From the NCBI GenBank assembly GCA_002269645.1, contig NIVC01000010.1, positions 1 through 64,000 of the forward strand: a stretch of DNA of 64,000 bases, read 5' to 3'. The stretch is from Macrostomum lignano (lineage: Eukaryota). This document shows, one piece after another, positions 8,385-22,837 of the stretch. Position 1 is the stretch's first letter. Each line of letters opens with the position of its first letter. The notes under the pieces were generated by a model. It did no database searches. It was not told where the DNA came from and saw only the letters and a program-made list of their open reading frames with translations. The position numbers and the translations under genes are program-made.

Positions 8385-8655
8385 AGTAGTAGTATAGAAA
8401 AAGACGCTTCTAGATCAGACCTTATTTTAATGGCCGTTTGTAAGGTCTTAAGAGGGGGGACGCGAGGGGGGTGTTAGGGAGTGTTTGGAAGTGTTGGGAA
8501 GTGATTTTTATTGTTAGGGGTGATTATGGGTGATTAGATGTGTTAAGGGTGTTTAGATGTGTTTTTTTATTTACCCCCCGTGTCCCCCCTCTAGACCCTT
8601 AAAACGGTCATTAAAAAAGTGCTCTGGGTCTAGAAGCGTCTTTTTATATACTACT
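8385..8655. repeat. Polinton right terminus with an internal inverted copy of the end sequence
   Basis: AGTAGTATAGAAAAAGACGCTTCTAGA at 8388 matches the reverse complement of the end (AGTAGTATATAAAAAGACGCTTCTAGA) at 26/27. Similarity continues for about 85 bp. Confidence 0.85.
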
Positions 8656-10537
<1,882 letters not shown>

Positions 10538-11247
10538 TTCGAAACCAATCTTGCAAGAACGATATGTCAACAACTTGGTGACAGATAGCTATATAGGATC
10601 TATTTAATACATGTACGTGAGGACGATAAAGCATTAGTACAACTTGGTGGTAACAGTAGGATAATTTTATCGCAGAAGCAAAACGCCTGTAACAGCTTGG
10701 TGTCGTTGGTGACAATTGTGGTATTTTTCAAGAGATATAGCTCTTGCTATAACGCAGGGCTTATAAATAGGAACCTGTTAAGCATTGAACAGAAGATATG
10801 TTACCTAGCTTATACCCTAAACCTTATTCTTTACCCTCTACTTTGCTGTGCTGTTGTCTGGGCTTCGGTCCTAATTGTTTTGTTCTGTTTTCTAGCGAGA
10901 CCAAACCTTCCCTGAGAAACTCAGCACCCGAATGGGCAACTCTTCCTATCTCTCTGGGGGGATGCTTTCACAAGGTTGAAATTTCCCAACAACAAAAATT
11001 CTAGCAAGGGACTTCATAAGGTCCTTGGACTATCGAACCAGGACCATCGAAAGTCCCGACTTCCATATGGATAGTGCTACGTGATCGTAAAACGAAATAG
11101 TACCGCTAGAAGCCAGTAACAGTACGGCTAAAGTCTTTATAAAGTCTTTATAAAGTCTAAAGTCTTTATAAACATACTTTGTATTTAAAAGATAATTTAT
11201 AGACCTAGCCTTCTGTTCTGCTGAAATTTTGGTTCAAATACCAACTG

Positions 11248-12785
11248 AATTCCGGTTGTTTCGCCCCCAAACTGTTTCGGCCTTGGGCATTTCGCCCCCA
11301 GACCATTTCGCCCATAGTCCGTTTCGCCTGCATAAACCAGTTTGGCTATAGGCGTTTCGGCCAAAATGGTGATTATGTAATTTAGAGAGACAGCCATACA
11401 TTTATCTTTCTTTTCTTTTTTCAATGCTAATTTTTAGTTTTAATTTGTAAAAAACTATGATCCGAATTGTTGCTACAACAATTGTGTTATTGCAATTTTG
11501 TTTATTACGATTGTGAATTATTACGAGTTTTTTAAAAGTCATTTCTTTCGAAAGTGTGACAAAGCTGCTAATGTGGTAGGCAAGGCCTCCCACTACCTCC
11601 CACTGAATGTAACCTTATTTTTCCACGGTGTGGATGATTTTTACTCAGTGAATTCCCAACATTGACGTCACTTTCCCTGCGCGGAAAGCGTTTTACGCAA
11701 ATGTAATTTTCCTTCCCACCCCCTGGCTAATTTTTTGTTTTACTGCGTTTTCCATAGGGTCCACCCCGGTGTTTAGTCGTCACCACCCGGTGTACCCTCC
11801 CCTCTCCCCACCGTGTGTCTCTTTGGTCCCACCCGGGGTAACGCGTAACCCGCTTCCGCCCGGTGGTTCCTAAGAACCTAATTTAAAAGTCTGCGCCCCG
11901 CCTTTTCAGCCAGACTCTCGTGTCCTTTGCCCGAACTCCAAGGAATCCCGCCGACCCGACTCAGACCACTACGAGAGGCCCCTATCTTGTAAGCCCAGTA
12001 TCCCGACCCGAACAGCTCCTCGTCCACCAATTTAAGTCTAATATTAAGCGAATTGTTTTGTTATACTTAATCTTGCTACTTAACTTAGTGCCGCCTAATA
12101 ATAATAATTACCCAGTTTTCGGCCAAGTATTTACACCGCCCATTTAGTTCTCTGTGTGAAACGGTGTCTTAGCTTCGAGACCTCGGACGCACTTTATTTT
12201 GACCCTTAGAGGTCTATCGAGAAGCGCTAGAGCAGACTCGAGCTAGTTTCCAGCTTTAGAGCTTTCTCCCGCGTAAAGTCGCGGTGGTGGCAGCGACCTA
12301 CTACTATTAGTAACACTCTCGAGAAATTTTAGTTTATTTTGAAGTGCCCCTCATCGGCTACAAATCTCTGCATTCGGCCTTCTGAACGTCGGCATACTAG
12401 ACCGCTCAGCCGCGACCACAGCTACCCTCCCCCTGAGCCTGAGGAACTCAGCAGCGGAGCTCCCCGTCATCTACAAGCCGAAATCTTCGTTAAGTTTGTT
12501 TGAAACGACAAAGCGCACCGATTCGAACGGAGAGAACGAACGAGTTCAAGTTCAAGCCCAGCAGGGAATAGTTTTCAAACCCCTCCCCCCCGACCTCACT
12601 AATTTAAACAGGGATAAGAAAGGGTTTCGGTTATAGCAAGGTAAAGCCAGAAATACTAAAAGAATAAGATTTGTCACCAAAATTGAAAATCAAAGCACAG
12701 AGTTTAAAACCGTAAAGTTTAGAAACGGTCTGTGGGCGATAAATGTCCATGGCCGAAACGGTTTATGGGCGAAACGAACGGTTCC
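11248..12785. mobile_element. Non-autonomous TIR DNA element with GTTTCGCCC subterminal repeats
   Basis: 11250-11320 and 12720-12785 are imperfect inverted copies; no transposase ORF inside. Confidence 0.5.
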
Positions 12786-13948
12786 ATACAAACTTAACTA
12801 GCCCAGGTCTTAAATTAGGGGCTTAAGTGTAATCGTAATAGGCCTATTATTAATTAGGTCTAGTATAGCCATAGGAGTATTGATATTGTCCAACTTAGCA
12901 TTTATTAGGCCTACTAGAAATCAAATTCAAGTCTATACTATTAGTATTAATATATACTAAATACTTAAAGTTTTAACAGTTTAAATTTATGTAGGCCTAC
13001 TATGCCTTGTATCAGTAATGGTGATACCATACTGGTAATAGCAATTACAAGGGTTTGAAGGGGCTAGAAGGCGAAGGCCTAGGCCTACTGATATCTAGAG
13101 TTAGGCCTGAGATAAATAAGCAAAGCAACTAAATTATTAGCCAAAAAAGCTAAAGGGTCCTTTACACAATACACAAAAAGCCAAAAAAGGTCATTTACTA
13201 TCGCAATGCAAAAAGGTCATTTATTGTTGCAATATGACTTATGAGCCTAGTCCTAGATTTGAAAGTAGGCCTATCCGCCTATGGTATGGGTGTGCATTCA
13301 AGTTTTTTTGGTGTGCATTTTTAACTATTTAATTTTTGTTCAGGCATGCACCTAAGCCTAGCATGAGCTGGACTATAGTGTAGGCCTAGTAGTCTATAGA
13401 CAGCAAGACCAATGCTACACTCTATAAAAAGCAAAAAGGTACACCTAATGTGGCTTTTTGATCTGCTATATAGGTAACATCTTTAACAGATTTCAACTGT
13501 CTAGCCATATATTATCTAGGCCCTAATAAGACTAGGAGGCCCACAATTTGTGTTTTTTAGTGCCTATGCTTTTCAATGCCTGGAAAGTTGGCCCTTAATT
13601 TTAAAACAAATATAATATTAATAAATAATTTACAAAACATTTCATTTATCTAATAAAAGCAATATTTGTTTAGTTAAATTGGCATGTTTCCTAAAGTTAA
13701 AACAATCTAGGGCCTATTTGATTTAATTGTAAGTATCTACTATATCCTGTATATATAAGGCTATACTTAATAAGCATGTGTATCATGCGAAATCCCGAGA
13801 TTTCGGGATCAGGATCGGGATCCCATCTGACCTCTAATATGATTGTTTTTTCTTGACTTAAGAAATTGGGCTAAAATTAAAAAATTATAGGGCCTAATAG
13901 ACTTTAAAAAAAATTAAAATAGTAGATCAGCTTTACAAAATGAATAAT

Positions 13949-14820
13949 TGAGGTGGGGGTGGAGAAGAAAATAAAATTTTTGAACTTGTAGAAACTGAGG
14001 GTTTGTCGTCGGCACGTAAAGCCGGAAAATTGCACAAAATTGCTGCGCTGATTCTTCTCCTAGGTTACTCCGTCTGCTGGGTCCTCAATTCCGGGGGGAG
14101 GGTAGTCGTAATCGCAGTCGAGCGGTCTAGTAGCGACCCAAGTCGTTCAGAATGGGTCCTCAGACACCGTAAACTCGTAATTCGTCGAGATTGCTAGTTG
14201 TGTTACTCTCAGTAGTAAAGTAGTGCTGCCACCACCGTAAATGTCATTTTACGGAACGAAGAGGGTCTCAGAGCTTTCTTCGAGATGAGACTGATTGGTT
14301 ATTTTACGCCCCACGGGCAAATGACTCAATAGAAACTAAAGGCTTTGATTCTGAACAACTGAATAAATATTAAATGTTGGTTGCGAACTTATTATTCTTT
14401 CATTATTATTATTGTGGTTAGTTATTATAGCTACGCGAGATGAGCAAGACAGGAGCAGAACGAAAAGGAGGAGAAGGGAGCAGGAGAAGTATAAAAAATG
14501 ACTTCAAAGTTAACGCAAATATAACAAATTGGCGTGGAGGATCCCAGGGGTGGGACAGAGGATGGGACAAGGGAAGGGACAACGATGGGAAACAAGGAAA
14601 CCCGGCCACTGGAAACATTAAAACAACAGGGGCCAAGGGAGGGAACAGAAAAGGGAACAAACAAGGGAGCAAAGGTGGGAACAACTGGGGGAACAAACCA
14701 GGGAACAAAATTAAAACATGACGTCAATTCGTTATCCTAAGGAATTGGGCAGTATGTCCCGCCGTTGTCCGCGCTAGAGGCCTGCCGTCGTTCACCCCAG
14801 TGGTAGACTGGCCTACCACA
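13949..14820 (-). repeat. 3' LTR of the Gypsy element
   Basis: Direct repeat of 22838-23699 with scattered substitutions and small indels. Confidence 0.92.
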
Positions 14821-14870
14821 GGCGCGGGGGCGCCGAGGCAAACGGCAGCAGACAGACGAACTCCTGGACG

Positions 14871-15608
14871 TCAGGGGCGGCGGTCCTGCTTCGCCGGCCA
14901 GCCTCGGCGAGCAGGGGCATTCAGATCGGACGGCAGCGAGCTCGCGACGCGTGCCTGATGGCTCAGCTGGAGCAGCGCGGTGGTCAGGTCTTGCCCCAGG
15001 GTGGCCGCGTGGTCGACATGTAGGCCGACCAATGCGCAGAAGGCGCTGTACAGCAGGCTGCCCGGTGCTTGCCGGTGTCGCTCGCACAGGACTTCGGTCG
15101 CAAGGCGGATGGCACAGACGACCGCGGGCTGGCTGAAAGTGCAGGCGTAGCCATGCCAGTGACGGCAGTCGGTCATGTGCCGGGCGGCCGGATCGCCCTC
15201 TAGTTCTCGGAGCAACAGGGCGGCCAGGTGCTGTACTTGATCAGGCTTTGGTTCTGCTGGTCCTGCTGACGACGGCTGGCTGGAGCCGCTGGTCCAGTTG
15301 ACAGGTGGGAGAGGTGGCGTGACCTGCCGGTCCGGCTCTAGGACACGGATGGGCTCCAGTTCCGGCACGAGCTGCTGCGCACCCACCTGGTCCATTAGCC
15401 CATTCAACCACACGTTGGGGCTATTCATCGGCACAGCGGGTTCGGGGAGTGCGAAGGCCTCCAGTGCCGCCTCATCAATTGGGGCAACTCCGCCGTGGGC
15501 CTGTCCTGGGACGCGTCCATTCAGTTGATCAAACGCCAAACGGATCTCGCGGCTGATTGGTGATTCGCCGTCTTGGCTGCGCATGGGGTTGTTGAAGTTC
15601 ATGATCAC
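14871..15608 (-). CDS. Extra ORF of the Gypsy element (245 aa, Pro-rich N-terminal half, Cys/His-rich C-terminal half)
   Basis: GC-rich intact ORF between pol and the 3' LTR, on the same strand as pol. No obvious TM helix or signal peptide. Confidence 0.5.
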   Translation of the reverse strand: MIMNFNNPMRSQDGESPISREIRLAFDQLNGRVPGQAHGGVAPIDEAALEAFALPEPAVPMNSPNVWLNGLMDQVGAQQLVPELEPIRVLEPDRQVTPPLPPVNWTSGSSQPSSAGPAEPKPDQVQHLAALLLRELEGDPAARHMTDCRHWHGYACTFSQPAVVCAIRLATEVLCERHRQAPGSLLYSAFCALVGLHVDHAATLGQDLTTALLQLSHQARVASSLPSDLNAPARRGWPAKQDRRP

Positions 15609-16544
15609 AGGTCTGTTGATATGGCGGAGCGTGATACAATAGTCTAAAATCTTCCAGTTGGCAGGTCGGATTGACAGAATTGGAGAAAAATAAAAATTGA
15701 AGATGGCTCCTTAAATAGGGCGCAAAATATTCCAACTGGTGGAATTTCAAACCAACCAGAGGAAATAAAATTCAACCACTGGAATTGAGCCATCACCCCC
15801 GTGCACTCTAAGGTGGCACATAGAGTTGGGGTGGGCGCATGAATCAAGGAGTCATAAAATAGATAACCGCGCGGCAGGGATCCAAAATCAAAATGAATGA
15901 ACGGGGCGCCTCACATGGCTCACAAACAGGCTGGCAGTTAGAGAGAGAGGGGGGCCGAACAATCGCATAAACAGTAGTTTAGAAAATAGTAAGAACATAG
16001 GTAGTTCCTAAAAATTAGAATAGCAGATAGATATAGGCATAGTGACCGAGTTAGAATTTGGATCTCCATAAGGAGTTACACAAAACGGCAAAAGGCACTG
16101 GGAAGGGGCTAGACAGGCGCCCTTACAAATTTTCCCAGGCTCGGCTCGGTCAGAACAAAGAAAAATGGGGGCCGTTCACCTCAGATGCCCTCCACTGAGG
16201 ACAAGGCCTAGAGCCAGGGTGGCTAGACCTGAGCGGGGCAAACAACTGGGGCACCAGAGCAACATGGCTTGCAAAAAAAATTAAAAGATACCTTCAGCCA
16301 TAAGCAAGGACTGCAAGGTTTACAACTGAAATAAAACTTCGCAAAGTTAATGACACGCAATTGAGCAAAATTAATGAATCGCCTGCGGATAAATAATTGT
16401 TGCATAGGTGCTGGCCTTTTCATCAAGCCTAAGGCTAAATATCAGAACGCAGGAGTGCGGGTCGCGTTGAATAAATATGACACCAATTGAGCATGAGCAC
16501 AATGTACAAAGGCTTTTGACCGGAAAGCGTAAGGAGCAGAAATT

Positions 16545-16755
16545 GGAAAAATTAGTTGCTTTTGCCCTCAAGCATAAGGAAAGTACAGGAAATTAGTTGC
16601 TTTTGCCCTCAAGCATAAGGAAAGTACAGAAAATTAGTTGCTTTTACCCTCAAGCATAAGGAAAGTACAGTGAGAAACACTGCTTTTGCCATCAAGCATA
16701 AGGAAACGGACAGAAAATTAGTTGCTTTTATCCCTCAAGCATAAGGAAAGTACAT
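16545..16755. repeat. About five copies of a ~40-bp tandem repeat inside the Gypsy element
   Basis: GAAATTAGTTGCTTTTGCCCTCAAGCATAAGGAAAGTACA repeated. Confidence 0.85.
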
Positions 16756-16917
16756 TGAGCGGGGAAAATTGAAAATCTGCTTTGAGTACCAAACAGGTGC
16801 AGAGAAAGCTTACAGCAAAATTTAATTCAGAATGCGTTTGCAAACTTGACTACTCATAGTAATGCGCATCTTTAATTTAGCTATTAGGCGCAATAATAAA
16901 TTGCTGGTAAATACCTT

Positions 16918-19900
16918 TTAGAGCTCCATCTCCATGCCGATGTCAGGCAAGTCCAGGTCGCCTTCAGCGAGCACCTCCGGGTGGCGCGAGCTGGGCTCGA
17001 ACAGCTGACTGCATCGCAGGTCAGGCTGAACTGTGGCTGGCTGCTCTGGCGCAGGCTGATCGGCTGGGTCGACTTCGCTGTCTTTGCTCGACTCATAGGG
17101 CAGCATTGGCCACTCTGTCTGGCGCTGCGGCTCCTGTGGTCGATCTGCCATCATCTGCGGCACCTTGATGATGTTGTTACGATGAACTAGCATTTCAGCT
17201 GGGCGTCCTCGGCGGGCTGTCACTGGCTTGATCCAATACGCCACTTCTCCGACTTTCCTGATGACCTTGTACATACTCTTGTATGGCCGGTGGAACTTGG
17301 GCAGCTCTCCCAGTTCGAGCTTCGGGTTGGCCAGGCAGACCAAGTCTCCGGGCTGCAGCTCCACAGGCTTCGGCTGGTTCTCGTAGTACTCCTCTCGGCG
17401 CTGGATCTCGGTCCTCAGCCGCTGTCGCACAATTCGTTCTGTCTCGGCCAGTCTGCGCTGATGTTTGGCAATGTACTCCGGGAGATCAGCTGATACATCC
17501 AGTCGGTCTAGGGTGTTATCAATCGGATACCGGTAGGGCACTCCGTAGATGACATAATGCGGCGAGAACCCGGTTGTATGATTGACTGCTGATCTTAAAG
17601 CTGTTAAAGCGGCTGGCAACATCTTGTCCCATTGCTGATGGTCTTCTAGGAGACAGGTGAGCACCTTCTTGATGTTCTTATTGCACGACTCAGCTTGTCC
17701 ATTGGCCCATGGTGAATACGGCGGCGTCGTGGTCTGCCGGATGCCGTAAACTTTGCAGAAGTGCCGGAACTCGTGTCCTGTGAACTGTTTCCCTTGATCG
17801 GAGTGAATCCATGCCAGGATTCCGGTGATCAGAAACACTTGTTCCTGCAGGAGCGTTATAATGGTCTTGGCCTGCTGATTCTTCATGGCGAAGGCGAAGG
17901 GGTATTTCGACGTGGTGTCAACATAGGTCAGGATGTACTTGTTGCCTCAGTCTGTCGGGTCTCCAGTGGGGCCCAGGATATCGATCACACATCGCCCATA
18001 GATTTCACAGACCAGAAACGATTGTACATGCGCCGGAATTTGTCGCCGTCCTTTGCTCTGAGTGCAGGTCTGGCAGGAAGCGACATAGTCGGACACTGCC
18101 TTGGCCAGGGCAGGTCGCCAGAACCTTTCACGCACCTTCGTGATGGTGAGGTCTCGGTCCATGTGTCCGCAGTAGGGTGAACCGTGGAGGTCGGCGAACA
18201 CCGTGGCGTTGAGGCTCTTTGGCAGGACGATCTGTGCCATTTCCTCCTTGCCAATATTGTCGAAATGAATTACCAGTAGTCCATCGTCTCGGACTTCGAG
18301 CTGCTCATAGAATGCTAGTAGGTTTCGTTCGTCTCGCGTCATATTCAAACGCTGATTCAGCGGCGGCTTCGGCTGTCGGCTTTCCAAAAGATTGATCATC
18401 ATGGCGATGGCAGAGTCAGCACGCTGATGAGTCTGGAGCTCCTCACGAGTGACTGGCCTCGGGATGTGATCAGTTAGATTCAATGATGGGCGTCAGTTAG
18501 TTAAATTAGTCAGCGCGGCTTCGGCTGTGGCGGCATGGTTCGGGGTCTGGAGCTCCCTCCGCATGATTGCTACTCTGGCCGGTTGCCGGGTTGTTGATGT
18601 GCCCGAAGGTCGATCCTCGTCGGTAGCTTTGGCGTCACTGTTGTCGGATTCAGATCGGTCAGCAGTTGATGATGAGTCAGCAGAGCTGTCCGCGTCACTG
18701 CTGAATCTCACCTTCTTCTCAAACTTTGGGCAGCAAGCGAGTTGGCAGCTGTCCTCTCTGGCTGCGCTGTGGTTGCTGTCCATGCCATCTCCAGCTAGTA
18801 GTCGGCGGCTCCTTGACAGGCAACATGTCGTGCTACTAAAACTGGTAGGCGACCTCTGCAAGTCATCGTAACGGCTGGCTGATGGCCTCGGCTTCGTCGC
18901 CGGCAGGTGCAGCTCTGTCAGCGGCTTGCTGTCGGCTTTCGGTGTTGCTGGCGGCATAGCCTCGCTGTTGGACTCCTTCGGCTTAGTCGGCGGTTTCCGT
19001 TGCTTACGGCGGGTCGACAGCTTCTTGCTCGGTGGAGGACTAGGGTGGCTGCTGTCGTGGACCTTCGGTGCCGCTGCGCCAGTTATCGCGGCTGGCTGCT
19101 TACTTTGGTCCCCTTCAGCTGCCTCTCGCTGAGCCTCCTCCAAGCATTCGGCGTCATCCTCCGGCCGTCTCGAGAGACCGTCGGCATTTTGATGCTGACT
19201 CAATTTGCAATGCTGGATCTCGAACTCAAATTCACTTAGCCGCTGTAGCCATCATCCGAAGATGCCTACTTGTTGAGTTCGCCGGAGAATCCAGGTCAAC
19301 GCTGCATGGTCGGTTCGACAAATGAACTTCTTGGCCAGCAGGTAGAAACGGAAATGTCGCATGCCATCTACGACTGCCAAGAGTTCTTGCTTAGTAATTG
19401 GATATCGGGCTTCAGCCGGTTTAAGTCGCCGGGAGAAATAGCCAATTGGGCGCTCGATCCCGTCAGCTTGGCGTTGGCTCAGGCAGGCTCCGATTCTGGT
19501 CGCAGAAGCATCCGTGTCCAGGATAAACATTACTTCCGGATCCTCGCTGAACTGCGGATACGCGAGCACTGATGTCGAAGTCATGGCTGCTTTGAGCTGG
19601 TCGAACGCGTCTTGCTGGGCTTTTCCCCATAGACAATTGAAATTGCGGATTTTCTTCTCTTTGATTATATCGTGGAGCGGAGCTGCAAGTTCTGCATAGC
19701 CAGGTACAAATTTTGCATAGTAAGCGCACGTGCAGACGAAACTTTTAAGTTGTCGAGCTGTTCTTGGTCTTGGCCAGGTCTGAATAGCCTCAATCTTCGC
19801 CGGATCGGTCTTGATGCCGTCCTTAGTAACTACATGTCCCAGATAGTTTAGGCTTGCCCGAAATAAATGGCACTTCCTGCTTTTGAACTTTAAGTTGGCC

Positions 19901-22770
19901 TCTTGAATTCGCTTAAATACTTCCTCCATATGCTGTAGATGGTCATTAAATTTCCTAAAATAGACGATTAAGCTGGCTGGCGCCGAACTTAATCCCATGG
20001 GCATCACATTGTAGGCAAATTGTCCGCAGTGCAGCGTGGCAAAGGCCGTCAGATCTTGATCCTCTGGACGCAGTGGAATCTGGTAGTAGCCGCTGTTCAA
20101 GTCGAACGTGATGAATAGCTGGCTTCCTTCGAGGCTAGCGAACGCTTCCTAGATGTTCGGTATTGGGTACGGAAAGTATTCGCACTTTTGGTTCAGACTC
20201 CTGAAGTCTTGTACAATTCTCAGGCTGCCATCCTTCTTTGGGATGATCACCAGCAGGGTGTTGTAGCTGGAGAAGCTCGGTCGAATCACGCCTTTGGCAA
20301 GCAGATCGTCAAGCAGCTGGTCCACCTTGGGCATCAGATGCGGCGGAATCCTTCGGGTCGGCAGATGTACAGGATCCTTGTCCTTCAACACGATGTTGTG
20401 GGTGACCAGGTGAGTTCGGCCGAGATCGTGTGGCCTCTGCGAGAAGATGGTCTTGTACCTCTTCAATAGCTCGATGACTTGAGCGCGCTGGTCATTAGAC
20501 AAGTCCTCGCCGATGTCGATCTCTTTGATCCAAGCGTCAGGATCTTCGTCTTGAACTTGATTAACTGAAGCTTCTGGCTTCGGCAGCAGAAAGAATTGTA
20601 ACTCGGGCAGTCTGATTGGTCTAGCAATCCCAACTAGGGCATTCGCTTGCACTTTGATGGAAGTAGTGCCTCGATTGATCATCTCAATGGCGCCTTCTCC
20701 ATTGGCCATAGATATTAGGGCAGGCGCGGCGTCCAGTTGCTGCATATCTTCTTCCCGCCGAGCCGGTTTTAGCGGCTCGATCACAGTAGGTGTGCCCTAG
20801 TTTTCTTCTCGTCCTTTTGCTAGTTTAATCTTGATTCGGGCTGATGATAATGGCGGCACGGTTGTGCTCTCAGCCGTGTAGATTCTGCACGTAGTAGCTT
20901 CAGTTCGCGTATAGCGCAGTGGTGCGGCAGTGCCATCCTTGAAAAACAGCATCCCGGCGGCGAGATCCAGTGATGTACTGTACTTCTCCAGGAACTCGAA
21001 GCCCACGATGTTGTCATGAGATCCCTTCGCTAGCAGGAACTTGACTGTAGGCTCGAAACTTCCAATTTTAACTTTGATTGATAGTTGGCCTGCCATTTGA
21101 ATAGGCTCTCCATTGTAGATCACGATGCGTTGCAGGCAGGGCTCGATTTGGCCACGCAGGGTCGGGTCATCGGTACATAGTTGGTGCCAGGTGCTGAATC
21201 CTAGGACTTCGCACTTGGAGCTGGTGTCAAGCAGAAAAGCAAAATAATGGCCCTGAATCTCACCAGTTAGAACAATCCCTTCGGGGTCGCTTGGGTGCAG
21301 AGTTATGTATAGGTGCAGCGGAGGCAGTCTCAGCAGTGGCCTGCTGAGCGACTAAAGTCCTCGGCGGGGACCTTAGTGCTGGCTCAGCTGCTGGATGGCG
21401 CTGCCCCCATTGGCGCGTACAGCCGTCCCGTTTTCCGAGCTGCCGTTGCGCTGGGGCGCGGTGCTGGCCGACCGCCAGTGCAGGCACTCATCGGCGTGGT
21501 GCTCGCGATTGCACCTGTAACACATAGCACTCTGTTGCCGCAGCTGATAGGGCGGCGGGCGTGAACCCGACTGTTGCTGCTGCTGCGGCTGCTGCTGCTG
21601 CTGCTGTCGACGTTGACCTCCTGCTCGCGGTGTCCTTGGTGGCGGGTTGCTGCCATCTCGTGGTTGCTGAAGTCGATGGAACTGCTCGTGCTGCACAATC
21701 CGTGTGCCGGGTGTCTTGAATTGGGCGCTCTCATTGGCGCTGCGGCGAGGAGTCGAGGGCACCAAACATCTGTTGCGTTGGCCCCAAGAGTCCTGCGGCT
21801 GGTGGCGAGCAGATTCCCAATGCTCCTGGGTGTCGTTATTGCGCGATCCCAGCAAGTGGAACTCTCGCAGCTCATTGCTCAAAGCTTCTAGTAGACGTTG
21901 CTGCTCTTGCAGTGTCTCAGTTTGCTGTTCCATCACTTCACGCAACCAATTCTCCTCGGGCCAAGATGACTTGTCGTGTTGCACTCCAGTTGCTGACTGA
22001 CTGTCGTCATCTTCGAGGACCTGGACATGTCTCGCTGCTGGCGGCAGTGCTATCCTCTGAGCCAGACTAGCTGCTATCTCCAGGCATAGCACAGCCCTTC
22101 TCGCTGCGGTCAGATTCTGCGGTCGCACCAGGATTAGCTGTTCTCTGGCTGACTGGGCAATTCGCACTCCCATGGTGAACTGGTCCACTAGCTCGGCCTG
22201 CTTCTGAACCGGGGTGAAGTGCGGGAATGCTCTATTGGCCAGAGCGATTAATCAATCGCCGTAGTCATCCACACTCTCATTCTTGCCTTGCTGGCAGCAC
22301 CGGAATTGCTCACGGTACTCCAGCGTGTCGTGCGTGAAGCGCTCGGACAATCTCTGCTTGAATTTGCCAAACGTCAGATTGTCCGGCAGTTCCATCCTGA
22401 GGACTGCGGGATAGGTTCTGGCGATGTCCAAATTCACTAGGACTTCCGCCTTCTTACGTCTGTCGTCCATGATCCCGTTGAGTTCGCAACGCTCCTCGAG
22501 AGCCTGGATCCAGATGTCAAAGTCCTGGTTCGGGGTGTACCGCTGAATCTTGACCGGTTTTGGCGCCGGAGCTCGGTCAGGCTGTTATGGCGGCTGATAC
22601 ATGTGGTGATAGTGCTGCGGCTGTCCCAAGTTGGCTTGCTCCAGTCGCCATCTCACCTCTTCGGTCACTGCTCAAATCATCTTGTTGTAGGTCGGCCTAG
22701 TAGTTGAGTTGTCAAGGCCTGCGGCGTCGGCTGTTGAATCCATGGCCGTTGAGTTAGTTGTCGAAGCCAT
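16918..22770 (-). pseudogene. Gypsy gag-pol with stops and frameshifts
   Basis: Gag zinc knuckle CYRCNREHHADEC; protease LLDTSS; RT (VIIPKKDGSLRIVQDFRSLN, YNVMPMGL); RNase H (LDTDAS, TDHAAL); integrase (H-H-C-C, HSDQG, GQAE, YRYP). Confidence 0.92.
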
Positions 22771-22816
22771 GACATAAATTTTGAACGACTCGTTGAAAGG
22801 ATTTCGGCGTTTTGTT

Positions 22817-22836
22817 ATCCCACTTAGCTGACACCA
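22817..22836 (-). other. Primer-binding site, tRNA-Leu-like
   Basis: TGGTGTCAGCTAAGTGGGAT begins one base after the 5' LTR on the minus strand. Confidence 0.75.
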
Positions 22837-22837
22837 A

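Larger units (their letters stand above)
1..8655. mobile_element. Polinton/Maverick (adintovirus-like) endogenous virus, right portion; the left end and pPolB lie outside the window
   Basis: AT-rich, compact gene block with adenain-like protease, penton, A32-like ATPase, major capsid protein, PLA2 and DDE integrase. It ends in the typical Polinton terminus ...ATATACTACT at 8655. Confidence 0.95.

Noticed and set aside
14418-14740. ORFs within the LTRs (also 23307-23619)
   Set aside because: They arise from a purine-skewed low-complexity LTR segment, and the frames are not conserved between the two LTRs.
14871-15608. Extra Gypsy ORF as an envelope gene
   Set aside because: No signal peptide, furin site or transmembrane anchor is evident.
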